Source of the DNA: Actinomycetales bacterium
GTDB lineage: Bacteria; Actinomycetota; Actinomycetes; Actinomycetales; CAVURS01
Assembly: GCA_045807245.1 (NCBI GenBank)
Contig: JBJMHS010000055.1
Location: 1 to 63,775, forward strand
Reading direction: 5' to 3'
DNA: 63,775 nucleotides
The notes below the pieces were generated by a model. It was not told the origin of the DNA. It saw only the letters and a program-made list of their open reading frames with translations, and ran no database searches. Numbering within the stretch: the first letter of the stretch is position 1; each line of letters opens with the position of its first letter. Shown here piece by piece: positions 1 through 8,913 of the stretch. A program made the translations under genes and the position numbers.

Positions 1-1
1 C

Positions 2-1180
2 AACAACGCGGGCCACACCGTCGTCATCGGTGACGAGAAGTACGCCCTGCACCTGCTGCCGTCGGGCATCCTCACCCCTGGGTGCATCCCGGTCATCGGC
101 AACGGCGTCGTCGTCGACCTCGAGGTCCTGTTCCGGGAGATCGACGGTCTCGAGGCACGCGGCGTCGACACGTCGCGGCTGGTCGTGAGCGCCGGTGCCC
201 ACGTGATCGCCGAGTACAACCGGGTGCTCGACAAGGTGACCGAACGCTTCCTCGGCTCGCGCCGGATCGGTACGACGGGCCGCGGGATCGGGCCCACGTA
301 CGCCGACAAGATGAACCGGGTCGGCGTACGCATCCAGGATCTGTTCGACGAGGGCATCCTGCGGCAGAAGGTCGAGGGCGCGCTCGAGCTGAAGAACCAG
401 ATCCTGGCCAAGGTCTACAACCGCCGCGCGGTCTCCCTCGAGGAGGTGGTCGAGGAGCTGCTGTCGTACGCCGACCGCCTGCGGCCGATGGTCGCGGACA
501 CCCCGCTCCTGCTGGAGGCGGCGCTCGACCGCGGCGACACGGTGCTGATGGAAGCCGGGCAGGCGACGCTGCTCGACGTGGACCACGGGACGTACCCGTT
601 CGTCACCTCCTCGTCCGCCACGGCCGGCGGTGCCTGCACCGGTTCGGGCGTGCCGCCGAACCGGGTCGACCGCGTCGCCGCGGTGGTGAAGGCGTACACG
701 ACGCGGGTGGGCGAGGGACCCTTCCCGACCGAGCTGCTCGACGACATGGGCGAGCTCCTGCGCCAGACCGGCGGCGAGTTCGGCACCACGACCGGGCGGC
801 CGCGGCGCTGCGGTTGGTTCGACGCGGTGATCGGGCGGTATGCCCGGCGGATCAACGGTGTGACCGACTTCGTCCTCACCAAGCTCGACGTGCTGTCGGG
901 GCTCGAGCGGCTGCCGGTGTGCGTGGCGTACGAGGTCGACGGCGTCCGGCACACCGAGATGCCCATGACGCAGACCGAGTTCCACCACGCGCGGCCGGTC
1001 TACGAGGAGCTGCCGGGCTGGACCGAGGACATCTCGGCGGCGCGGAAGTTCGAGGATCTGCCGGCCAACGCCCAGGCCTACGTGCTCGCGCTCGAGGAGA
1101 TGATCGGCCGCCGCATCTCCGCCGTCGGGGTCGGGCCCGCCCGGGACGCGATCGTCGTACGCCACGACCTCCTCGCCTGA
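2..1180 (+). CDS. purA: adenylosuccinate synthetase (5'-truncated by window edge)
   Basis: Frame from base 2 reads [53 protein letters not shown] motifs. Confidence 0.97.
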   Translation, partial: NNAGHTVVIGDEKYALHLLPSGILTPGCIPVIGNGVVVDLEVLFREIDGLEARGVDTSRLVVSAGAHVIAEYNRVLDKVTERFLGSRRIGTTGRGIGPTYADKMNRVGVRIQDLFDEGILRQKVEGALELKNQILAKVYNRRAVSLEEVVEELLSYADRLRPMVADTPLLLEAALDRGDTVLMEAGQATLLDVDHGTYPFVTSSSATAGGACTGSGVPPNRVDRVAAVVKAYTTRVGEGPFPTELLDDMGELLRQTGGEFGTTTGRPRRCGWFDAVIGRYARRINGVTDFVLTKLDVLSGLERLPVCVAYEVDGVRHTEMPMTQTEFHHARPVYEELPGWTEDISAARKFEDLPANAQAYVLALEEMIGRRISAVGVGPARDAIVVRHDLLA

Positions 1181-1184
1181 CGTG

Positions 1185-1286
1185 GGTGCCCTCCGAATGC
1201 CGGTTTGCCCTCCGAAAGCCGCTCTGCGGACCCAAATGACGGCCTGCGGGCGGCTTTCGAGGGGCAAACCGGCTTTGGAGGGGTAC
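1185..1286. repeat. ~100-bp imperfect palindromic element, copy 1 (REP/MITE-like)
   Basis: gccggtttgccctccgaaagccgc (1199-1222) pairs with gcggctttcgaggggcaaaccggc (1250-1273); homologous to 13626-13728. Confidence 0.85.
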
Positions 1287-1312
1287 GACGGCGGAGGGGC
1301 GGGGTGACGGGG

Positions 1313-1999
1313 ATGAGCCTGTTCGGGTTCCGGCCGCGCCCGGACGAGCGCCCGGACGACGAACCCTGGCCGGACGCGATGTGGCCTCCACCGGACGGCG
1401 TGGAGCTGCTCGGCGAGGTCGTGACCCTGCGTCCGGTCCAGCCGGCCGACGTCGCCGAGCTGCGCCAGGCGCTGGACCACCCGGCGTGCTGGGAGCACAT
1501 GTCCAGCCAACCCCCGCCCGACCTCGATGCCATGCAGCGACTGGTCGCGCAGCTGCGGGACCTCGGCTTCCACCCCTGGGTGCTCCGGCTGACCCGGCCG
1601 CTCGTGACCAGGTCCGGCGAGCTGCCGACGGGCGCGGTCGTCGGCTGGTCGTCGTACCTGGAGGTCGCACCCACCAACGCCCGCCTCGAGATCGGCAACA
1701 CGGCGTACACGCCCGCGGTCTGGGGCACCCCGGTCAACCCGGAGGCCAAGTTGCTGCTGCTCGGTTACGCGTTCGAGGGCCTGGGGATGGGCCGGGTGCA
1801 GCTCAAGACCGACGTCCGCAACGTGCGCTCGCAGCGGGCCATCGCCGGCATCGGCGCGACGTACGAGGGCGTGCTGCGGCGCTACCAACGCCGCCGCGAC
1901 GGCACGGTCCGCGACACGGTGGTGTTCTCGGTCACCGCGGAGGACTGGCCAGAGGTACGCCGCCGGCTCGAGGCGCGCGTGGGAGCATCGGGCACGTGA
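1313..1999 (+). CDS. GNAT/RimJ-RimL family N-acetyltransferase
   Basis: LEIGNT, VNPEAKLLLL, RVQLKTDVRNVRSQRAI, YEGVLR; start moved to ATG 1313, downstream of the palindrome. Confidence 0.88.
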   Translation: MSLFGFRPRPDERPDDEPWPDAMWPPPDGVELLGEVVTLRPVQPADVAELRQALDHPACWEHMSSQPPPDLDAMQRLVAQLRDLGFHPWVLRLTRPLVTRSGELPTGAVVGWSSYLEVAPTNARLEIGNTAYTPAVWGTPVNPEAKLLLLGYAFEGLGMGRVQLKTDVRNVRSQRAIAGIGATYEGVLRRYQRRRDGTVRDTVVFSVTAEDWPEVRRRLEARVGASGT

Positions 2000-3252
2000 C
2001 CCCGGCCCCTGCGACCCCGCCCCCTGGAACCCTGGCGACCGGGCCCTCGGCGACCGGGCCCTCGGCGACCGGGCCCCGAACCGCTCCGCTGGAGCTGCTC
2101 GCGCTGTCCGGCCTGCTCACCCAGGACGAGCGGGACATCCAGGCGGCCGTCCGCAAAATGGTGGACGAGCAGGTCCGGCCCCACGTCGCCGACTGGTTCG
2201 AGGCGGGCACGCTGCCGGCCCGCGAGCTGGCGCAGGCGTTCGGCAAGCTCGGCGTGCTCGGCATGCACCTGGACGGCTACGGCTGTGCCGGGCTGAACGC
2301 CACGTCGTACGGCGTCGCCTGCCTGGAGATCGAGGCCGGCGACTCCGGTGTCCGCTCGATGGTGTCCGTGCAGGGCTCGCTGGCCATGTTCGCGATCCAC
2401 CGGTACGGCTCGGAGGAGCAGAAGCAGGAGTGGCTGCCGCGCATGGCCGCGGGTGACGCCATCGGGTGCTTCGGCCTGACCGAGCCCGACCACGGCTCCG
2501 ACCCGGCCGGCATGCGCACCCGGGCCCGCCGGGACGGCGACGGCGAGCGCGCGGACTGGGTCCTCGACGGCTCGAAGATGTGGATCACGAACGGGTCGGT
2601 GTCAGATGTCGCGGTCGTCTGGGCCCAGACCAGCGAAGGCATCCGCGGTTTCGTCGTACCGACCGACTCCCCCGGTTTCTCCGCACCGCTCATCAAGCAC
2701 AAGCTGTCGATGCGTGCCTCGGTGACATCGGAGCTGGTGTTCGAGGGAGTGCGACTCCCGTACGACGCGGTGCTGCCGGAGGTGCGCGGCCTCAAGGGGC
2801 CGCTGTCCTGCCTGACCGAGGCCCGGTTCGGCATCGTCTGGGGGGTGATCGGCGCCGCGCGCGACTGCCTCGAGACGGCGATCGGCTACGCGGTCGACCG
2901 GGTGCAGTTCGGCCGGCCCATCGCCGGCTTCCAGCTGACCCAGGCCAAGCTCACGGACATGGCGCTGGAGCTGGACAAGGCGTTCCTGCTCGCCCACCAC
3001 GTCGGCCGGGCTAAAGAAGCGGGCACCGCCACGCCGACGATGGTGAGTGTGGCCAAGCTCAACAACGTCCGGGAGGCGATCGAGATCGCCCGCACCTGTC
3101 GCACGATCCTCGGCGCCAACGGCATCTCGCTGGAGTACCCGGTGCTCCGGCACGCCAACAACCTCGAGTCCGTGCTGACCTACGAGGGCACGTCCGAGGT
3201 GCACGCGCTCGTCGTCGGCCAGGCGCTCACCGGGATCGACGCGTTCCGATGA
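1996..3252 (+). CDS. acyl-CoA dehydrogenase (glutaryl-CoA dehydrogenase-like)
   Basis: GCFGLTEPDHGSDP, GSKMWITNG, RVQFGRPIAGFQL, TYEGT; GTGA overlap with upstream stop. Confidence 0.92.
   Translation: MTPAPATPPPGTLATGPSATGPSATGPRTAPLELLALSGLLTQDERDIQAAVRKMVDEQVRPHVADWFEAGTLPARELAQAFGKLGVLGMHLDGYGCAGLNATSYGVACLEIEAGDSGVRSMVSVQGSLAMFAIHRYGSEEQKQEWLPRMAAGDAIGCFGLTEPDHGSDPAGMRTRARRDGDGERADWVLDGSKMWITNGSVSDVAVVWAQTSEGIRGFVVPTDSPGFSAPLIKHKLSMRASVTSELVFEGVRLPYDAVLPEVRGLKGPLSCLTEARFGIVWGVIGAARDCLETAIGYAVDRVQFGRPIAGFQLTQAKLTDMALELDKAFLLAHHVGRAKEAGTATPTMVSVAKLNNVREAIEIARTCRTILGANGISLEYPVLRHANNLESVLTYEGTSEVHALVVGQALTGIDAFR
2034..2076 (+). repeat. 15-bp in-frame tandem repeat (ggcgaccgggccctc x ~3; ATGPS)
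   Basis: Directly visible. Confidence 0.9.
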
Positions 3253-4202
3253 GTGGCGCCTCGACCGGCCCGCAGCGGCGATCGGTACGGCGCGTGGCCG
3301 GGGTCATCGCCGCGCTGAGCTGCCTGGCGCTGGCCGGCTGCGGTGCATCCGGGACGCACTCCGCAGCGGACAGCGCGGCGCTGTCGGCTGACCGCGCGAC
3401 CGCGAGCGCGTCCGCCACCAGCGCGGCGGCGACCGTGACGCCGGTCGCGCCGAAGGCGCTGGCCGCACCCACGACCGGCCCTCGGCCGGCCGCCGCGTCG
3501 AAGGCTGTGACATCACCAAAACCGTTGAGCGGCAACGGTTCTCTAGCCGGCAAGGTCATCGTGATCGACCCCGGACACAACGGCGGCAACTTCACGCACC
3601 CGTCGGAGATCAACCGCCTGGTCGACGCCGGCTTCGGTCAGCGCAAGGCCTGCAACACGACGGGTACGTCGACGAACGCGGGATACACGGAGGCGGCGTA
3701 CACGTTCGATGTGGCCAAGCGGCTGGCCGCTGTGCTGCGCGCGCGCGGCGCCAAGGTCGTCATGACCCGGGCGACGAACACGGGAGTCGGACCGTGCATC
3801 AACGAGCGCGCCGCTATCGGCAACGCCGCCCACGCGGACGCCGTCCTGTCGATCCACGGTGACGGCAGCACGGCCAGTGGTGCCCGCGGGTTCCACGTCA
3901 TCATCGCCCAGCGCATGATGGGCGGGAGCGCGGTCCAGCGGTCGTCGCAGCGCCTGGGCGACGACATCCGCTCGGCGTTCCGCTCCGGTGCGGGCATGCC
4001 GTACTCCACGTACACCGGCGGTGGCACGGCCGAGACGCACCGCACCGACATCGGCGGCCTGAACCTGTCGACCCGGCCGGCGGTCATGGTGGAGACCGGC
4101 AACATGCGCTCGGCCACCGACGCGCGGCTGATGTCGTCGGCGTCCTGGCGGCAACGCGCGGCCGCCGCCCTCGCGGCCGGTCTGGCCCGCTACCTCACCT
4201 GA
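3249..4202 (+). CDS. N-acetylmuramoyl-L-alanine amidase (Amidase_3), lipoprotein
   Basis: Lipobox LAGC, Ala/Thr linker, IVIDPGHNG, EAAYT, SIHGDG, PAVMVETGNM. Confidence 0.92.
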   Translation: MSGASTGPQRRSVRRVAGVIAALSCLALAGCGASGTHSAADSAALSADRATASASATSAAATVTPVAPKALAAPTTGPRPAAASKAVTSPKPLSGNGSLAGKVIVIDPGHNGGNFTHPSEINRLVDAGFGQRKACNTTGTSTNAGYTEAAYTFDVAKRLAAVLRARGAKVVMTRATNTGVGPCINERAAIGNAAHADAVLSIHGDGSTASGARGFHVIIAQRMMGGSAVQRSSQRLGDDIRSAFRSGAGMPYSTYTGGGTAETHRTDIGGLNLSTRPAVMVETGNMRSATDARLMSSASWRQRAAAALAAGLARYLT

Positions 4203-4227
4203 CCGAGAGCGAGGCGGGGCCGCTCGG

Positions 4228-5670
4228 TCAGCCGAAGGTCTTGGGTTTGCTCTCGTCCCACAGCCAGGTGCGGAAGAACCTGTCGAGGTCCTGCCCGGAC
4301 ACCTTCTGCGCCAGCGCGACGAACTGCGCGGTCGTCGCGTTTTCGTTGCGGTGCGAGGCCGCCCAGGTGCGCAGGATCTCGAAGAACGCGTCGTCGCCGA
4401 CCCGCTTGCGCAGCGCCGACAACGTCAGGCCGCCGCGGAAGTAGACGGCCGCACTGAACATCCCCAAGCGGCCGGGGTCGGCGATCGACTGCTGCCAGAA
4501 CCGGTCGTTCGCGGAGAGCTTGCGCCACGTCGCCTCGGCCGCCGAGATCGTGGTCGGGCCCCCGGTGTGTTCGGTCCACAGGTCGCTGGCGAAGGTCGCG
4601 AACCCCTCGTTCAGCCAGATGTTCGACCAGTCGTTCACCGTGACGCTGTCGCCGAACCACTGGTGGGCGAGCTCGTGCGACACGGTCGCCGGATCCGCCG
4701 CGAACCCGTACAGCGGCCGGGTCTGGGTCTCCAGCGAGAAGCCGACGGCGGGCAGGTTGTCGACGATCGCGCCCGTGGAGCTGAACGGGTACGGCCCGAA
4801 CACCCGTGACCAGTAGTCGGTCACGTCGCCGGTCAGCTTCACGATGCCGCTGCGCTGCACCGCGGCCGCGAGGGCTGGGTCGTACGCCGTGATGCTCGGG
4901 ATGCCGCCCGGCGTACGGCCGTGCACGAACGTCCAGTGCCCGATCCCGATCGTCGCGAGGTAGGTCGCCATCGGGGTCGTCTCGTCCCAGATGTACGTCG
5001 TGCGGCCGTCCTTCACGGTCTTCGACTGCAGGTCTCCGTTGGCGATCGCCGCGGTGCCGGCGGGGACGCTGACCCGGAACGTGTACGTCGCCTTGTCGCT
5101 CGGGTGGTCGTTGCCCGGGAACCAGGTGTTGGCGGCGTTCGGCTCGTCGCCGACGAATGCGCCGTCCTTCGTGTACTGCCAGCCGTAGTCGGCCCCGAAG
5201 AGCATCGGCGAGCGCTTGATCGTCTTCGGCGACCCGTCGTAGGTCACCGCCACCGTGAAGGCGTGGCCCTTGGGCAGTCCGCGCGCCGGCGTGACCCGGA
5301 GCTCCTGTCCGTCCCGGTTCCATTGCGCCGCCGACTGGTTCACCCGGACCGACCGCACCGTCAGGCCGCTGAGGTCGAGGTCGAACCGGGACAGGTTCTG
5401 CGTCGCCGTCGCGGTGAGTGTCGCCGTACCGGACAGCGCGTGCCGCGCCGGGTCGTAGGCGAGGGTCAGGTCGTAGTGCCCGACGTCGTACCCGCCGTTG
5501 CCCTCGAGCGGGAAGTAGGGATCACCGACGCCGTCCGCGCCGGGACGGAACATCGACGCGCCCTTCGCGGCGCCGCCGGACCCGCGCAGCACTGCGACCG
5601 TCACGAGTCCTGCCACGACGGCCACGACGACAGCAGCAGCCACTATCACTCGCCCAGCACCACGCGGCAT
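4228..5670 (-). CDS. secreted M1-family zinc aminopeptidase, paralog A
   Basis: N-terminal hydrophobic segment; GDPYFP..GNGGYDV, DHPSDKA, HELAH-X18-E (WLNEG). Confidence 0.93.
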   Translation of the reverse strand: MPRGAGRVIVAAAVVVAVVAGLVTVAVLRGSGGAAKGASMFRPGADGVGDPYFPLEGNGGYDVGHYDLTLAYDPARHALSGTATLTATATQNLSRFDLDLSGLTVRSVRVNQSAAQWNRDGQELRVTPARGLPKGHAFTVAVTYDGSPKTIKRSPMLFGADYGWQYTKDGAFVGDEPNAANTWFPGNDHPSDKATYTFRVSVPAGTAAIANGDLQSKTVKDGRTTYIWDETTPMATYLATIGIGHWTFVHGRTPGGIPSITAYDPALAAAVQRSGIVKLTGDVTDYWSRVFGPYPFSSTGAIVDNLPAVGFSLETQTRPLYGFAADPATVSHELAHQWFGDSVTVNDWSNIWLNEGFATFASDLWTEHTGGPTTISAAEATWRKLSANDRFWQQSIADPGRLGMFSAAVYFRGGLTLSALRKRVGDDAFFEILRTWAASHRNENATTAQFVALAQKVSGQDLDRFFRTWLWDESKPKTFG

Positions 5671-5718
5671 CGACCGACCTCCCCCGTCTAGCGTCGGCCG
5701 GAACGCCTCCTGACAACA

Positions 5719-5734
5719 GTCACGAATCGGTCAC
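5719..5734. promoter_or_regulatory. GTCAC-N6-GTCAC direct repeat (GlnR/MtrA-like box)
   Basis: gtcacgaatcggtcac about 50 bp upstream of paralog A; counterpart at 7305-7320. Confidence 0.45.
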
Positions 5735-5740
5735 GACGCC

Positions 5741-5796
5741 TGAACGGGTCAGCCGAGGCCCGAACGGGTCAGCCGAGGCCTGAACGGGTCAGCCGA
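5741..5796. repeat. 20-bp tandem repeat x ~2.8 containing the stop codon of paralog B
   Basis: (t/c)gaacgggtcagccgaggcc at 5741, 5761 and partial at 5781. Confidence 0.92.
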
Positions 5797-7261
5797 ACGT
5801 CGCCGGTTTGGTCTTGTCCCAGAGCCAGGTCCGGAAGAACGACCCGAGGTCCTGGCCGGACACCCGCTCGGCCAGCGCGACGAACTGCGCCGTCGTGGCG
5901 TTGCCGTAGCGATGCGTGGCCGTCCAGGTGCGCAGGATCTGGAAGAAGTCCGCGTCGCCGATCCGGTGCCGCAGGGCGGCCAGCGTCATGCCCCCGCGGT
6001 AGTAGACCGCGCTGCTGAACATCGTGTCGCGCTGCGGGTCCGCGATGGACTGGTCCCAGAACGCGCTGCTGGCCGCGATCTGCTGCCACAAGCCACGGAA
6101 GTTGTCGAACGTGGATGGGCCGGTGCCGGTGTGCTCCAGCCAGTAGTACATCGAGAACGTCGCGAAGCCATCGTTCAGCCAGATGTGCCGCCAGTTCGCC
6201 ACCGACACGCTGTCGCCGAACCACTGGTGGGACAGCTCGTGGGAGAGCGTGACCGGGTCGGGTGCGAAACCGTAGAGCGGCCGGGTCTGCGTCTCCAGCG
6301 AGAAGCCGACATTGGGCAGGTTGTCGATGATGGCGCCGGTCGACGTGAACGGGTATGGCCCGAACGACTTCGCCCAGAAGTCCGTAACCCGGTTGGTCAG
6401 CCCGATGTCGTCGTTGGCCCGCACGTCCGAGGCCAGTGCCGGGTCGTACGCCGTGATGTTGGGGATGCCCTTCGCCGTACGGCTGCGGTCGAACGTCCAG
6501 TTGCCGATGTCCATCGTCGCGAGGTAGGTCGCCATAGGGCGGGTCTCGTCCCAGACGTAACGAGTCCAGCCGCTCCGGGTGCTCTTCGACAGCAGCTCGC
6601 CGTTCGCGATGACGCCACGGCTGGACGGCACCGACACCTTGAACGTGTACGACGCCTTGTCGCTCGGGTGGTCGTTGGACGGGAACCAGGTGTGTGCGGC
6701 GTTGGGCTCGTCGCCGACGAACGCGCCGTCCGGTGTGTACTGCCAGCCGTAGTCGGCGCCGAACACGATCGGCGAGCCGACGATGGTCTTGGGTGACCCG
6801 TCGTAGAAGACCTTCACCGAGAACGCTTCGCCGCGGAACAGGCCACTGCGCGGGGTGATTCGCCGTTCTTCGGCGGTGCGGGTCCAGGTCGCCGCGACGC
6901 TGTTGACGGTCACCCGGTGCACGTTCATGCCCGAGAAGTCGAGGTCGAAGCGGGAGAGGTTCTGGGTGGCCTTGGCGTTGATCGTGGCGGAGCCGGCGAG
7001 CCAGTGCGTGGCCGGGCGGTACGACAGGTCCAGCGTGTAGTGGCCGACGTCGTACCCGCCGTTGCCCAGCAACGGGAAGTACGGATCACCGACGCCGGCC
7101 GCCCCCGGACGGAACGTCGGCCCGGCCTTGGCCGCCGCGGTGCCCCCGGCAACCAGGGTGACCGCGAGAGCGGCAGCGGTGGTCGCGACGGTCGCCCGAG
7201 CCAGGCGGGAGCGGGTACGAGAGCGAGTACGAGAGCGCGTGCGGATTCCGGCCAAGGTCAT
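5789..7261 (-). CDS. secreted M1-family aminopeptidase, paralog B (third Zn ligand E->D)
   Basis: Signal peptide; colinear with paralog A; HELSH-X18-D (WLNDG). Confidence 0.92.
   Translation of the reverse strand: MTLAGIRTRSRTRSRTRSRLARATVATTAAALAVTLVAGGTAAAKAGPTFRPGAAGVGDPYFPLLGNGGYDVGHYTLDLSYRPATHWLAGSATINAKATQNLSRFDLDFSGMNVHRVTVNSVAATWTRTAEERRITPRSGLFRGEAFSVKVFYDGSPKTIVGSPIVFGADYGWQYTPDGAFVGDEPNAAHTWFPSNDHPSDKASYTFKVSVPSSRGVIANGELLSKSTRSGWTRYVWDETRPMATYLATMDIGNWTFDRSRTAKGIPNITAYDPALASDVRANDDIGLTNRVTDFWAKSFGPYPFTSTGAIIDNLPNVGFSLETQTRPLYGFAPDPVTLSHELSHQWFGDSVSVANWRHIWLNDGFATFSMYYWLEHTGTGPSTFDNFRGLWQQIAASSAFWDQSIADPQRDTMFSSAVYYRGGMTLAALRHRIGDADFFQILRTWTATHRYGNATTAQFVALAERVSGQDLGSFFRTWLWDKTKPATFG
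7209..7244. repeat. 12-bp tandem repeat encoding RTRS x3 in signal n-region
   Basis: gagcgggtacga/gagcgagtacga/gagcgcgtgcgg. Confidence 0.75.
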
Positions 7262-7304
7262 GGAAAGTCACCCTGGGCCCGGCCCGAGTCGGGCGCAACC
7301 CGGC

Positions 7305-7320
7305 GTGACCGGACTGTGAC
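7305..7320. promoter_or_regulatory. GTGAC-N6-GTGAC direct repeat (GlnR/MtrA-like box)
   Basis: gtgaccggactgtgac about 45 bp upstream of paralog B. Confidence 0.45.
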
Positions 7321-7328
7321 CCCGCTGC

Positions 7329-8282
7329 TCAGGCGGGCTGACCGTCGAGCTCGGTCGCCGTCGGTGCGGTGGCGGGGCCCCGGCGAGTCACCGACATCGC
7401 CGCCGCGCGGTTCGCCCGGGTCAGCGCAGCCGGGACGTCGTCGCCGTCGGCGAGTGCGGCCAGCAGCACGCCGGTGTGCGTGTCGCCGGCGCCGGTCGTG
7501 TCCACAGCCGTGACCTCGGGCGCAGGGAACGACCGCGCTTCGTCACCGAGCGCGCCGCCGGCGGCCACGCAGCCTGCGGCACCCTCGCGCACGACGACGA
7601 GGGTCTCGGGACGGAGGGCCGGCACGCGACGTACGGCGTCCACCAGCTCCCGGCCCGAGGCATCGCCGGCCCGGCTGAACAGCCGTGCCTCGCGCTGGTT
7701 CAGGGTCAGCAGCCACAGGTGTGGCAAGGCCGCCGTGAGGTGACCGCGCGCGATGTCGGCGACCAGGGGGCCGGGGTCGAGGACTACGCGAGGGCCGTCC
7801 GGCGGCAGCTGTGACACCCAGTCCGCCAGCACTGGACCGCTGACGGGGTACGCCAGGTCGTAGCCGGAGAGTGCGAGGAGGTCGCCGGTCCCCGGTGCGA
7901 CCGCTGCCAGCATCGCCGCGAGATCGCCGGGCCGGAGCTCGGCCTCCACTCCGGGCATGGTCACGAAGGTGCGCTCGCCGTCCGGCTCCACCAGCGTGAT
8001 GCAGAAGCCCGTGTCACCGTCGGTCCGGGCCGCGGAGACGGTCCCGATGCCCTCGGTAGCGAGTGCCGCCCGCACCAAGTCGCCGTACGGCCCGGTGCCA
8101 TGCGGCCCGCCGTACACGCATGGAATGCCTTGTCGCGCAACGGCAGTCGCCAGGTTGACTCCTCCGCCTGCGCCGGTCCGCGTCGCACTGGCGAGCACGT
8201 CGCCGCCGCGAGCCGGCAGTGCCGGCACGTCGACGGTCAGGTCGACCAGGATGCTGCCGAGGACATAGACCGTGCCGGCCAC
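7329..8282 (-). CDS. PfkB-family carbohydrate kinase
   Basis: GGGVNLA, DGERTF, VDTTGAGDT; GTG 8282 lies 6 nt after TACGCT. Confidence 0.92.
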   Translation of the reverse strand: MAGTVYVLGSILVDLTVDVPALPARGGDVLASATRTGAGGGVNLATAVARQGIPCVYGGPHGTGPYGDLVRAALATEGIGTVSAARTDGDTGFCITLVEPDGERTFVTMPGVEAELRPGDLAAMLAAVAPGTGDLLALSGYDLAYPVSGPVLADWVSQLPPDGPRVVLDPGPLVADIARGHLTAALPHLWLLTLNQREARLFSRAGDASGRELVDAVRRVPALRPETLVVVREGAAGCVAAGGALGDEARSFPAPEVTAVDTTGAGDTHTGVLLAALADGDDVPAALTRANRAAAMSVTRRGPATAPTATELDGQPA

Positions 8283-8313
8283 GCGGCGAGCGTAGCCGGA
8301 CCGCCGAGCTGGC

Positions 8314-8913
8314 CTAGGCCGGTTGCGTCGCCGCAGCCCGGGCGGCCTGCAGGGCCGCGGCCCACCAGGTGAGGTCGTCGACCGCCAGCTCCAGCTTGGG
8401 TTCGAGCGGTGCGAAGGCCGAGACGTCGTCCGGCTCGGTGGACCGGGCTGCGATGAGGATCTCAGGCAGGACATGCACGGCATGGCGCAGTGGCGCCATC
8501 CCCAGCTCGACCGCCACGTCGCGCAGCTGCTCGATCGCCCGGGCTCCGCCCACGTTGCCCCAGCCCACGAACGCCATCGGCTTGCGCCGCCACTCGACGA
8601 AGAACCAGTCCAGCGCGTTCTTCAGAACCGCCGGGTAGCCGTGGTTGTACTCGCCGGTCAACACGAGGTAGCCGTCGGCCCGGTCGATGAGCTGTCCCAG
8701 CCGCTCGACCTCCGGGGCCGGGTAGGCCCGGGGCGCCCGGGCCGGGTTCTGGCCGAAGAAGAACGGCAAGGGGTGGTCGCGCAGGTCCGCGACCTCGACG
8801 CTCAGTTCGGGCGCGTGGGTGGCCAGGAAGCCGACGACCCAGCGGGCGACCTTCTCGCTGAACCGGCCTTCACGCGTCGTACCCGTGATGACGGCGATCC
8901 GCAGGTCAGGCAA
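8314..8913 (-). CDS. NADPH-dependent FMN reductase
   Basis: ITGTTREGRFS, EYNHGYPAVLKNALD, GGARAIEQLR. Confidence 0.92.
   Translation of the reverse strand: MPDLRIAVITGTTREGRFSEKVARWVVGFLATHAPELSVEVADLRDHPLPFFFGQNPARAPRAYPAPEVERLGQLIDRADGYLVLTGEYNHGYPAVLKNALDWFFVEWRRKPMAFVGWGNVGGARAIEQLRDVAVELGMAPLRHAVHVLPEILIAARSTEPDDVSAFAPLEPKLELAVDDLTWWAAALQAARAAATQPA

Noticed and set aside
1205..1312. N-terminal extension of the GNAT
   Set aside because: Read-through of the palindromic element
2034..2076. Phase-variation tract
   Set aside because: The 15-bp unit preserves the frame and only lengthens a low-complexity N-terminus
5741..5796. Possible CRISPR array
   Set aside because: Units are contiguous 20-mers with no spacers, and no cas genes are present
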